This document shows, one piece after another, positions 14,115 to 25,775 of a stretch of DNA of 64,000 bases (positions are counted from its first letter, which is position 1; each line of letters begins with the position of its first letter). The notes beneath the pieces are model-generated. The model ran no database searches and had not been told where the DNA came from. It saw nothing but the letters and a program-made list of their open reading frames with translations. Made by a program: the position numbers and the translations under genes. The stretch covers positions 1,736,001 through 1,800,000 of the forward strand of contig OZ024747.1 of the NCBI GenBank assembly GCA_964016885.1, read 5' to 3'. The stretch comes from Eledone cirrhosa. Taxonomy: Eukaryota.

Positions 14115-14689
14115 AATCAGGACTCAGTTTAGAAGGATGGACCTATAGACATGGCCTCTGAGATTTTGTAAGGTAGAACTAAACTCTTTTCAGGCCTCGG
14201 GATGTCGGAGAGTGAAACTCTTCTCAAACTTCAAGGAAGTGATGAACCAGATACTTATTGGTCCCTACATGACCCTCTAGGTCCCAGAATGTTGTATGGG
14301 TTGACACCCAACTTCTTACAGGTTTTACTTATAGAAATTCAAAAAGAACCCAAAATGGAATAAATTATTTTGCCATAAAAGCAAAGGAAATCTTCACTGA
14401 TATGTTGAGAGAGAGAGAGAGAGAGACCCTCAACATATACAGAGAGAGAGGAAGAGAGAGACCCACACACACACACATATGAGAGAGGGAGAGAGAGATC
14501 CACACACACACACACATGAGAGAGGGAGAGAGATCCACACACATATGAGAGAGGGAGGGAGAGATCCACACACACACACATATGCACACAAAGTAAGTGA
14601 TTCTAACATTTATTTTCACATTCATAGATATGTTCTGAGGCAGTATTTTATAGCCAGATGCCCTTGACACGAAACCCATGAGGTCACCT

Positions 14690-14805
14690 CATATGTTGAG
14701 TGGAATAAAGTGTCTTGTTCAAGGACAGAATGCACTGGCTATAATTGAACTCACTACCTTGCGATTGTGAACCAAATATCCTAACCACTAAGCCGTACAC
14801 CTTCA
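14690..14805 (-). mobile_element. Decayed tRNA-derived SINE (family 1 head)
   Basis: aataaagtgtcttgttcaagga...attgaactcactaccttgcgattg...ctaaccactaagcc matches the reverse complement of the 23121 head. Confidence 0.65.
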
Positions 14806-14842
14806 CACATACTTAATGTTTGTGCATGTATGTGTATACATA

Positions 14843-14980
14843 GGTAGCGAACTGGCAGAGTGTTTAGAACGTTGGATAGGCTAATACCTTGCGGTATTCA
14901 TTCTGGCTTTCTGCTCTCTCGGTTCAAGACCCCTTAAGTCAATTTTGCCATCTTTTCATGGTCGATAAAAAAGTACCAGT
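14843..14980 (+). mobile_element. Decayed SINE family 2
   Basis: ctggcagag...ggttcaa...tttgcc...ggtcgataaaaaagtaccag, as in 20448 and 62333. Confidence 0.6.
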
Positions 14981-16544
14981 ATGACTGTCCCACTTCCTCT
15001 CTCTCACTTCCTCTCCTTCTCTGGAAGAAATCTGCTTATTCAGACCTGGAGAGAGATAGGCTCTGCCAGGCTTTAAAATACTCTAGAAATGCCATTACAA
15101 CACTGCTACGACTCCATCAGGAGTTATGGGGTCATATATGTATGCATGTGTATGCACACCCTCACATACATTTATGTGTGGAAAGCAAAGAACAGAACTC
15201 TCAATACAATATGTAGAGTTTATATTTGTAGAAATGAAAAATACTAAAAACAAATAAAAAACAAAAGAATATTTCACTTGTTTATGTAAAAATATTATGA
15301 AATACTATTTACAGATGATTGGTCAATTGTGGATGAGGTGAACGAGAAAATCATATTGGGAATTTGGGAATTACAATTCCTAAATTGATAAAATAGTAGT
15401 TGAGAAACCTTCCAATTAGGAGGTATTTAAATTTGAAGAAATTTTTTTAACGGAAACAAAAATGCATAGAGGACTCTTTAAATCCCTTAATAGAATGCCT
15501 TGTTGTGCAAATAATAAAGCATATATATATTTTTATTTATTAGTAGGAGTATTATTTTGAAGAGCACATGAAAGTTAGAAATGCAAAATATATCAAACAT
15601 TCTTCTTAGTTTAAATAGCTAACTAAATTTTTTTTTATAACTCCACAAAAAAACATATAACAGAAAAAATACAAATAAAATATTAAAAAAATGTTGCTGG
15701 TGGCATTGTCAAATATCTGTTTCATTATTTGTATTGATTTTATTTCAGGTGGATTTATTGTTGGGGAAAACATCCTATAATTACAAACTGAAATTTGCAA
15801 GAAAGGGAAGGAGAAAATTCAGCATACATGTTCTTCGAAAAAGACATATTAAATAGGAATTAATATGAAATCTGATTTGACATTTAAACCCCAGAAATCA
15901 ATATATATATAGAAATAAATAGCATAGATTTCTAATTGCTTGTACCCAAATTTATGGTGATGGGCTTGCTAGAGAGATTGTTTACTTCTGTTGCCTTCAA
16001 ATTTCACAGATCACACACACTATTTTAACAATAAACTTAATTTTCTAACAAACCTAGCACTTAGGTCTGTTCAGTCTGTAGCACAGTGGCAGCATTACAA
16101 TCACACTTTGTCAATTAAGTCATTTTTTTTCAAGGTGAAATTTGGCATTTATTAGTTTTTGGCAACATGATTTTTCATGTAGAATATATATATATTAAAT
16201 TAAAAATGTAAGGAAAGAATAGACAAAATAGACAAAATATACATATTTTTTCTCCAAAATCCCAACTGCAGTTTCGCTGACCAGTTTGCAGCCGTTGTGC
16301 ACCAAAATGGTGCACCAGGGCTGTGAGGCTATCAGCTTTTCAAGAGACCCCTCACGTGAATGGACTACTTCTTGAACTGACTGTTACGAGTGAATAATTC
16401 ACAGGGGAAGAAATTATCATGTTGTATAGCAGTCACAGAAAGGATGTGCAAATATTATATATATCTATATATAAATATTTACACATAGACACATATATTT
16501 GACAAGTAGAATATATTTTGGTGCACACACTTACACCTCTCCAA

Positions 16545-16986
16545 GACAATGTCACTGGACTGAGATCTTTGGCACTACACAGTAATACAGAAGACTCGCC
16601 TTGCCTAAGTACAAAGCGAAACCTACAGTCAGTAGGCACCTCTTAACAAAAATACACCCCCGTCCCACTACCCCCACCCCATCCACACCACCCCTTTCGA
16701 TGAAAAGTTATGTTGGTACCACAACATCCAGTCCAAAATAAATGAGGTCGTGTAGGTGTCACGACAAAAAAACACACAGTCCACACTGTAATGTGGCCGT
16801 GTAGGTAACATGGTAAAAACCTCCCAGTCCACACTGTAAACGTGGTTGGTGTTAAGAAGGGCATCCAGTCGTAGAAAACCCGCCAGACAGTCCTATACGA
16901 GCAAGACAACCAATCTTGCCACAAGTGGGAAAATTCACGTCCAAACCCATGCAAGCGTGGAAGATGGACGTTAAACGATGATGATG
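16545..16986 (+). mobile_element. RTE family-B 3' end (ORF tail plus long 3' UTR)
   Basis: gagatctttggcactacacagtaatacagaagact encodes RDLWHYTVIQKT, matching RDLWRHAVIQKT of ORF 45191..45790. Ends ggacgttaaacgatgatgatg. Confidence 0.75.
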
Positions 16987-17004
16987 TAGAATATACGTAT
17001 AAGG

Positions 17005-17034
<30 letters not shown>

Positions 17035-17043
<9 letters not shown>

Positions 17044-17226
17044 AAACGAAAAATCAGTGATGCATCTGAACTCAATTTATAGTGTGTTACAATTGTTTCG
17101 CCGGCAGACAGCTCGAGATGCGATCATTGTGTGGATCTGTCTGATTCTGGACCCGCAGGTTCGACGGACACGTCTAATTTTATATTATATCACAGATGCA
17201 TCACTGATTTTTCGTTTTATATTATA
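17035..17226 (-). mobile_element. Penelope-like terminal fragment: hammerhead-family core between 34-bp inverted repeats
   Basis: tataatataaaacgaaaaatcagtgatgcatctg / cagatgcatcactgatttttcgttttatattata. The interior is homologous to 10705-10843. Confidence 0.65.
17084..17171 (-). ncRNA. Hammerhead-like motif with altered core (CCGTCGA in place of CTGANGA)
   Basis: Minus strand: gtgt-CCGTCGA-[insert]-GAAAC-AATT-GTA-acac. Stem I is compensated relative to the 10710 copy. Confidence 0.5.
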
Positions 17227-17297
17227 TCATACTCAGCTCTGTAAGAACATAGAGTGCTCAACCGGCATACCGCCTATGGAAGCATCTTAGCTACCAT

Positions 17298-17333
<36 letters not shown>

Positions 17334-18192
17334 AGTATATATAAAGCCGTTTAAAAACAGGAATGATTCTTTCAATGGCTTATACATCTATCATCTACTA
17401 AATTTCATTCACAAAGCTTTATTTGAGCTGAGGTTATGGTGGAAGACTTGCCCAAGGTCCTGTGCAGTGGTATCAACAATGGTAACACCTATTCCAAGGA
17501 TAGTATCATCTGAATAAAATTAATTAGCTAGAATTAGTAACAGAAACCAGGCTGCAGATTCTACTCTGTAATAATTTGCCTTGTTTACGTTTTTAAATTA
17601 ATTAAAAAACCCAATGTTATGTTATCTATTTTTAAAACAGCTTCAATTCAGAACATTTCATTTTACACTAATTGTTTAATTTTTTAAACATATTTTTTAA
17701 ATGGATTCTGAGAACAAAGAGTTAACATTGAAAACAAAATTATTTGACCAGCTTTTTTACTACATTACATAGACTCAGGAGAAAAAAAGTTTCAGAAAAA
17801 AACAACAACATAAAAACGAAAAAATAAATAAAGCCTTATAAAATATAATTAAAATGTTTTGCAGACATAAAAAATTAAAAAGAAAGAGGAGACTTCCATT
17901 TTTTTTTTTACATTTTAAATCAGCATCAGTAATAAAGGTGTTGTCACCCATTAGCAAATAACTATTTTCATTAGATTGACAAAGGTTAAGATATGGAATT
18001 AATTAGTTGTTTTATTATTGTGTGTAAAATAACAAATATTGATGAAATTTTCCATACAGATAAAAATGTTAGTTTTAAATAGAAAAAAAATACAAGATTT
18101 TTTGTTCAAATTTTTACCTAGGGGTAAATAATAATAATAATAAAAATAGTTTTAAAGAAAAACCTAAAAAACACATGGATATTAAAATAACT

Positions 18193-18395
18193 TACGCGGA
18201 TCAGCTGAAAAGTTCATAGGCCGACCAAGATACTCTCATGGAATGACCAACTGAGGCTTATTTTTCTTGATAGTCCCTGGAAAGAAATAATGCAGTTATT
18301 AATAAGAAAAGTTAAAATAAATGCATGCAAGATTTTACAGCTCTAACATCAATCCTTCATAGTCAGCCTATGAGATTTTCAGTCAAGGCCTGTAT
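18193..18395. mobile_element. Mariner-type MITE or deletion derivative
   Basis: Imperfect TIRs gctgaaaagttcataggccgac / gtcagcctatgagattttcagt with TA flanks. A solo similar end lies near 48225. Confidence 0.55.
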
Positions 18396-18564
18396 AGGCA
18401 CACGTATAGGTGTGTGGTTAAGAAATTTACTTTACAACCAATAGGTTCCTGATTCGGTTCCAGCAGACAGCAACTTTAACATGTGTTATCTAATATAGCC
18501 TCAAGTTGACTAACATCTGGGGAGTAATATTTGATATGCAGAAATTGTATAGAGTCCCATCATA

Positions 18565-18607
<43 letters not shown>

Positions 18608-18609
<2 letters not shown>

Positions 18610-18803
18610 GGAAAAGAGTCAGGACCCTGATGGCTGAGCTCCGGCCATTTTGACAGCTAGATTCGGATCTAGTTGTCGAAACGGTCAAAGCTTAGCTGTC
18701 AGGGTCCTGAATCTTTTCCAATTACTGACTCTACTACCCTAAGTATCAAGTACTCTGGTGTGTTATGGTACACCTGGTTCCTTACCACACTTTCTTTGTT
18801 ATA
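18608..18803 (-). mobile_element. Short hairpin-ended repeat family, diverged copy 2
   Basis: tcaggaccctga...gctagat tcgg atctagttg...tcagggtcctga hairpin plus the same body as 10868. Confidence 0.7.
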
Positions 18804-19109
18804 TATATATATATACTATGTGTACTTGAATATAGGCTGTGGAATAAGTGAGAAAGAAAAAAAATTGCTGATAAAATGGTAGAGAGAGATCAGCTTATAT
18901 AGACACCATCTAAACAATGTGTTGATTAGCTGCCTTGGTTTATAAATATGGGGTTTGGATTTTTGTCCATTTCTCATACATAAAATAGAGGGGAGAACTT
19001 ATATTTGAGTATATATGGTATTATATTCAGGAACAAAATACTTGACTATAAGTTCCGTAACTATATGCCAGAAAGTCAATCTGCCACACTTGTGTCACAA
19101 AATAATTGT

Positions 19110-19247
19110 TTCTTCTTTAGGTACAAGGCCAGTCATTTGAAGAGGAGGGGAAAGCTAATTAAAGGGACCTCAGTGTGTTACTGGTGCCTTATTTTATCAA
19201 CCCCGTAAGGGTGAAAGGCAAAGTTAACCTTTGCAGGATTTGAACTT
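19110..19247 (-). mobile_element. SINE family 2 fragment
   Basis: ttattttatcaaccccgtaagggtgaaaggcaaagttaacc...ggatttgaact. Confidence 0.75.
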
Positions 19248-20447
19248 TGTGTCACAAAATAATAAAAAGCCTATCACAATTCATCCTGCCTGCAACCTTC
19301 TTTTTACTGATCAATTAGGAAGTGAAGGGTAGACTTTCATTAGGGCCATCTGGTGGGAAGGGGGGGGGGGGGGGTGTATCCTCAACTTTGCTCTGAATGT
19401 TTGCGACAGGACTTTGCAATAAACAACTTCAGGCCAGATAATGGAATTAAACTGGGCAATGAATTATGTCTACCCACCATACGAAGACTAACAGAAATAT
19501 TGGTAAGAACCAGGACACGTCTGTGTATTTTATAGATTTCAAAATTAAAAAAAAAAACTTTAAAAAAAATGCAAAAACTTATTCTATATTTTTTTTAGAT
19601 ATTTTTCTGGGTAGTTTTAGGGTTTATTTTTTAAAATCAGAAACACATGTTTTTTTTTCAAAATTGTCATATGAAGATTTCAAATCTGATGTAAAATTCA
19701 AGGTTAAACTTTTATTGATTCCCCCAAAAACTGATTTCTTCAAAAGAGATTATATTGTATATCAGAGTTATATTTAATATTATTAAATTCTCATATTGAA
19801 AACCAGATCTGAATTTGAAAGAACTTCGATTTTCTGAAACAAATCCAATAAATTGTATTTCTGATAAACAGTAAACAGTTTCAATGGTGTCATACACGAA
19901 GCCAAAACAGTTGCAGAAAAATCAATCCACAAAAATATCAATAATGAAATTTTTCTCACAAGGAATTTTTCCTTATTTTTCCCTTTTTTTGTTTTTCTTG
20001 ATAACATTTGGAACAAAGAAGAACAATGAAAGGTTTCGTTGGTCAAAATAAAAACAAACCCCTTAGCAATAAATTACAAAGTTGATATAAATATTCATCC
20101 TTCTTCTCTTTTTTCCTGTAATAGATAGAGTAAGGCTACTTAGTCTATCTGTCATTCATTTTTTTCTATTTTGTACATTTATTTATTAATATATTTATTT
20201 ATTTATTCATTGCTGCCATTCTTGAAATATTTGTTTTATAGATTCTAATAGTGACTAAACTAATAACAGATAAAGAACTCCTCTAACCACAGATCATGTA
20301 GGAAGACATTTTCTTAAATAATTAGGCAGCAGGTAGCTAGCAGAATGTTAGATTGCCTTTGGTAAACTTTGACCTCACTGAAGCCAACAATATGAGTGGA
20401 ATGTTTCCTATATTAACTGAATATCAGCTTGAGAAAGCAATAGCATT

Positions 20448-20632
20448 GGTGGATTGGCAGTATCGGTAGAGGGTCAGACGCCATGCTTTGCAGCATAGAG
20501 TTACGCCCCTTTATGGTCTGAGTTCAAATCCCGCCGAGGTTAACTTTGCCTTTCATCCTTACCGGGGGCGATAAAATAAAGTACCAGTAATGTACTGGGT
20601 AATTGCTGGCCTTGTGCCAAAAAGTAGAAACA
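20448..20632 (+). mobile_element. tRNA-derived SINE family 2
   Basis: A-box-like tggcagtatcgg and B-box gagttcaaatcc. Near-identical to 62333-62518 and to the reverse complement of 57135-57348. Confidence 0.85.
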
Positions 20633-20762
20633 ATTATAAAAATATAGAGATTTAGCTGGCATCCATGTCACTACAGATTTCTTTATTTTATTTTACTTTC
20701 TCAGACTCTGATTCATTCATTCACTTCCCTTTAACCTTTTATTCAAATCTTTGCATTTTCTA

Positions 20763-20793
<31 letters not shown>

Positions 20794-20794
20794 G

Positions 20795-21280
20795 TTCAAA
20801 AATAAACAAGACAAACACAGAAATGCAAAAACACAAAGTCTTATTAGTTTCATGCTTATGAATGAAGATAAAGAAAAAGGAAAATAAAAAATAAAAAACT
20901 GTTTCAATGTATCATACATTGGTCCTTCATCAGGAAAGAGTAAAGTTTGCCTGTGCTTCTTCAAGAAGTGGCTAGATAGGAGGAATTAGTGGTGTGGTGG
21001 CTATGTGTAGCACACTAAGAACTGGGTGTGTGTATGTAGACTGGGTGTATGTATGTGGGCTGGGTGTGTGTATGTAGGCTGGGTGTGTGTATGTAGGCTG
21101 GGTGTGTGTATGAAGGCTGGCAGTGTTTATGTGCATGTTTACCTGTTTTTGAATATTGTTAAACAAATAAAACAGAAACACAGGGAGGGATGCAAAAATA
21201 CAAAATCTTACTAGAATCATGTTTGGGAAGAAGTGGAGGAGGGTTCTACATTTCAGACAGAAGTCCTTCCTCAAGAAATG
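20795..21280 (-). mobile_element. Old Penelope-like terminal remnant with two decayed hammerhead-like motifs
   Basis: Minus strand: tttc-CTGATGA-aggac...GAAAC (20899-20937) and tttc-TTGAGGA-aggac-ttct-gtct-GAAA-tg-TA-gaa (21244-21278). The tail resembles 22600-22670. Confidence 0.4.
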
Positions 21281-22457
21281 GAGGGTTCGGATTGAGAGAG
21301 AACAGGTAGGTAGATGAAAGTTTGGAAAAGATATGTATATTGTTACTTCTACAAGTTTCTGTGTTTAGCATGTGTGTAGGTGTGTGTAGGTGTGTCCATG
21401 TGTGTGGTGGTGTAGGGGGAGGTACAAGTGAATAAGTTTTTACATCTTGTTTCTTCCCAAAGTTTTTGTGCGTGTTTTTATACTTATCTTTATCTGCCTA
21501 TGTGATGTATTAATGTACGCTCTGGCAAATCTCCCACCAGTTTTTCACTATCTTTATCTATGGCCATGTAAATGTGTATGTCCTTATTTACATCTCTGTT
21601 TCTCCCTATGTCTGTCTGTGTGTTCATTCTTGCGTCATATTCTTATTTTTCTTTTCCTCCATGACTACATAATTACCATTCTATTTCTACATTTTATTGA
21701 GGGTGGGTTTATGTTTGTTTGTGCACTCCTATGCCTTTATTTCTTTTCTCCGATCTCGAATAATCCTCCCCTGCCCCACTTTTTTCAGACCCCCCCCCCA
21801 CTTATTAAATTTTGCTAATCTATAATCTATTTTAAGTGGTAGCATTCCTGCCACAATTAATTTTCTTTATACATTAAAAAAACATTATACATGACAAAAA
21901 AAGTACATTACTAGAAGTCCCATACATTATAAAATAAATAGAATGTGTTGCGGTCTCAATATGTAAACTAAATGACCAATTCTGCTTTTTAAGAAAATCA
22001 ACTTACCAAGTAAAGTAGTATAATTTTAAGTAACTTTGGTGATTGTTTAGTTATTTTTTGTAAGGTAAGTCTTGTTAGAAATCTATTTCTCATTAATGAT
22101 TAAGACACACCACACTTAATATTTATTTAAATTTGATTATATCTCAACTTTAATATTTATTCCGTTAATATTCACATTTAACTGTTGTTTCCACCCACCT
22201 TCTTTGTTGTTTATTGTCAACACAAACTAATTAGGGGATCATTAGATTCTTCTTACAATCATTAAATTTATTGAATTAATTAAAGTATGAAGAAGGAGGT
22301 GAAGATTATAAAAGATAGGTAAACATTCTACAGACATATTTTATAATGTGGTTTGTGGTTTATTTTAGATTAGGTAGTATAAAGAAATGAAAGTAAATTT
22401 AAATTGTCATACCTGGTCTACAAACTGAACATGCATGTATATATATATATACGCTAT

Positions 22458-22522
<65 letters not shown>

Positions 22523-23001
22523 TATATATATATATATATACAATACCAAAGTACATACTAGAAACTATGCATAGAGTGCTCATTTTATATATATAATTCA
22601 AGAATAAACAAGATGAAGACAGATGCCAAAATACAAAGTCTTATTAGTTTTATGCTTTGGAAGAAGTAAAGGAGGGTTTCAACATATCAGATATAAGTGC
22701 ACTAGCAGCTGAAGTATATGATAAAGTTATATCTGAATACATAGAGAGTGCTCCAATACGTATAGAAACACACACCTATAAAATATGTAGACATGAAAAC
22801 ATGCCAGAAAATACCAAGTTCCCTGTAAATTGAAAAAATGATAAACATTTTGGACATAATTGGGCCCCCATCAGATGACAGGTATATCATCCAAACTCTA
22901 AACAGCCACAAGGAAACATGCATTTCATAGGCACACACACACACACTCACACATGTATATATACTAGAGTGGAATATGGATGTTAAATGATGATGATGAT
23001 G

Positions 23002-23114
<113 letters not shown>

Positions 23115-23120
23115 ATATGT

Positions 23121-23459
23121 GGAGGCACATGGCTTAGTGGTTAGAGCATTGGCCTTGCAATCGAAAGGTTGTGAGTTCAATTCTCAGTCCGGGTGATGTG
23201 TTGTTTCCTTGAGCAAGATACTTTATTTCACATTGCTCCAGTTTACTCAGCTGTAGAAATGAGATGATAGGGACTGGGGTCCATATCATTCCACTGCAAA
23301 GTGGTCATGGAGGTGCCATGGCAAAAAAGCACCCAGCACTCACTGTAAATAAGGTTGGTGTTAGGAAGGGCATCCAGCTGTAGAAATCAACCCAGAATCA
23401 GTTCCCGTCCCACCCTTGCAAGCAGGGAAAAGTGGACGTAAAATGAAATGAAATGAAAT
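23121..23459 (+). mobile_element. tRNA-derived SINE family 1 with RTE-derived body and tail
   Basis: A box tggcttagtgg, B box gagttcaattc. Same element at 35568-35895 (-) and 40272-40608 (+). Confidence 0.9.
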
Positions 23460-23532
23460 ATACATTTATAATTTAGCTACAAATTAATATAATTCTGTAG
23501 ATCAGTTGTTGAAATACTTATTATAAGCACAC

Positions 23533-23925
23533 ATATACTACAGTAACATAGACATATATATACTACAGTAACATAGACATATATATACTACAGTAACATA
23601 GTCATATATATACTACAGTAACATAGACATATATATACTACAGTAGCATAGACATATATATACTACAGTAGCATAGACATATATATACTATAGTAACATA
23701 GACATATATATACTACAGTAACATAGACATATATACTACAGTAACATAGACATATATACTACAGTAGCATAGACATATATATACTACAGTAACATAGACA
23801 TATATATACTATAGTAACATAGACATATATATACTACAGTAACATAGACATATATACTACAGTAACATAGACATATATATACTATAGTAGCATAGACATA
23901 TATATACTACAGTAACATAGACATA
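23533..23925. repeat. Minisatellite ctacagtaacatagaca(ta)n, left part
   Basis: 23-29-bp unit. The array resumes at 27991. Confidence 0.95.
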
Positions 23926-25040
23926 CTAGCTAGAAAAATGCGTACAGCAAAAAAAAGTAATATTGTTGGAACAAACCTTTAAAAATACAGGACAAGGAAG
24001 TAAGATAAACCTTTAAAAATACAGGACAAAGAACTAAGATAAAACTTTAAAAGAATAGGACAAGGAATATAAATTTTTACAATAATATTAGTGGCAAAAT
24101 TCAATTGGTAAAAAATTGAGTTTCCATCATTACACCAATTACAACTATGATGTTCCGCATGCATCCACTCCAACCATGATCACTTGTCTGTCATCTTTCC
24201 CGGTCCAACTCCTCGCGGATGACCCGGCGCAACTCGGACTGGGTCGGAGCAGGAACTGGAGGGGGAGAGGGAGGGGTACGGGTCTTGACTCTGGGACGAT
24301 GACGGCGAGTGACCAAGGTGAATGGGCCCGTGTTCGACTCGGAATCCTGCTGGTCCTCGATGACACTTTGAGGCACGGTTGACGGTTCCGGACTGGCTTC
24401 ATGGGCAGTGGTAGAAGGGCAGGTGGATAGGGCAGAGTGCTTCTTCCTGGGAGAGCACTTGAAGCAGGTGAAGCCGGCGCCGGACTCGTTGAACCACTTC
24501 CAGACAGCACTGGGCATGTTGGCGCAGCAATGATGAAAGTTGAAGCAGGCGACGAGGGGGGAGGAGGTGGAGGCGTTGGTGCAGGAGCAACAGACTGCTG
24601 ATTTGGGAGTCATTGTAGCTGGGGGATGCAGGCGCTGAGGGGGCTCGAGTAGAAGGGAAGAACAGAAATGAACCATGATGACTTTTCCTACATTTTTCCT
24701 GGCCCACTTCCTCATGAACCAATGAACCAGTTGGTACAACTCGGACTTGGAGGAGGAACACAAGACAGGGATCAATTTCATTGTATTGATATTTCTCATT
24801 AAGTAATTTCATGTTACTCAAATAAATCACTTTTATTTGATCAATTATCTATTTTTCCAATAAAATTTTTGCCACTAATATTATTGTAAAAATTTATATT
24901 CCTTGTCCTATTCTTTTAAAGTTTTATCTTAGTTCTTTGTCCTGTATTTTTAAAGGTTTATCTTACTTCCTTGTCCTGTATTTTTAAAGGTTTGTTCCAA
25001 CAATATTACTTTTTTTTGCTGTACGCATTTTTCTAGCTAG
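23926..25040. repeat. Perfect 174-bp inverted repeat (23926-24099 / 24867-25040) enclosing a GC-rich insert
   Basis: Base-by-base comparison found no mismatch. Both arms end in CTAGCTAG followed by T. Confidence 0.95.
24145..24613 (-). pseudogene. Captured LINE ORF1-like fragment with degenerate PHD finger
   Basis: CCSC...LVAC..FHHCC...W..F.....FTCFKC, a low-complexity linker, then ELRRVIREELDRER* and, after a frameshift, RQVIMVGVD. This resembles the PHD plus 'REE.ERE.R..N(L/V)II.G' layout of CR1/L2-group ORF1. GC content is far above the flanks. Confidence 0.55.
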
Positions 25041-25507
25041 TTTCCTATTTTTCAAGGCAATGCAAACAACAACTACTTAATTAAATAGTTATTACTTTAG
25101 TTACTTCTATCAAAAAATCCCAAAAATGATGTTAATGAAAACTATAGGTGAAAGTGAAGCTATTCTTTTGTGACCTCTTAGTTACTTGTACCAATTTTGA
25201 ATTTAATTCAAGCTACAGTGTCAGCCTGTGCATTGGAGTCACAGAAATAAGTTGAGATATTTTATCTAATTGGTACAAGCATCCACTCCACATGGCGGGG
25301 ACATAGGTCAGATCGTGGAGCACTCACCTATCTTAAAAATATTAACTTATGATAAATAAGAGTCATTTAAGAAAATACAATTTTTTTAAATTAGTAGGTG
25401 AGCATTAACAACTGAATCTAAATGGAGCAAATTTGCACCATTTGCATTTAGTTGAAAATAACATTTTAATTAAACATGACAAATTCTAATGCAATAGAAG
25501 GCAAATA

Positions 25508-25775
25508 TCAATTTTCACATGCAAATTTTTTGGGGATTTTTTTCACGCGCGCCATTTTTGGTCGATTTTTTGTCAATTTTCCACATGCAAATTTTTTTGG
25601 GTTTTTTTGATTTTTTTTCACGCGCGCCATTTTTTTCGATTTTTTGTCAATTTTTCACATGATAATTTTTTTTTGGATTTTTGGATTTTCTTCACGCACG
25701 CCATTTTTGTCGATTTTTTGTCAATTTTTCACATGATAATTTTTTTTGGATTTTTGTATTTTCTTCACGCGCTTT
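25508..25775. repeat. About 4 degenerate ~70-80-bp tandem units inside the Helitron-like element
   Basis: tcaattttcacatg...ttttcacgcgcgccattttt..tcgattttttg repeated. Confidence 0.8.

Noticed and set aside
14190-14330. Possible plus-strand exon after ttttcag
   Set aside because: Short open frame with a weak donor and no recognisable homology. It sits among repeat remnants.
23121-23195. Possible tRNA gene
   Set aside because: A and B boxes are present but there is no proper acceptor stem. It is the head of a SINE repeated three times with the same body.
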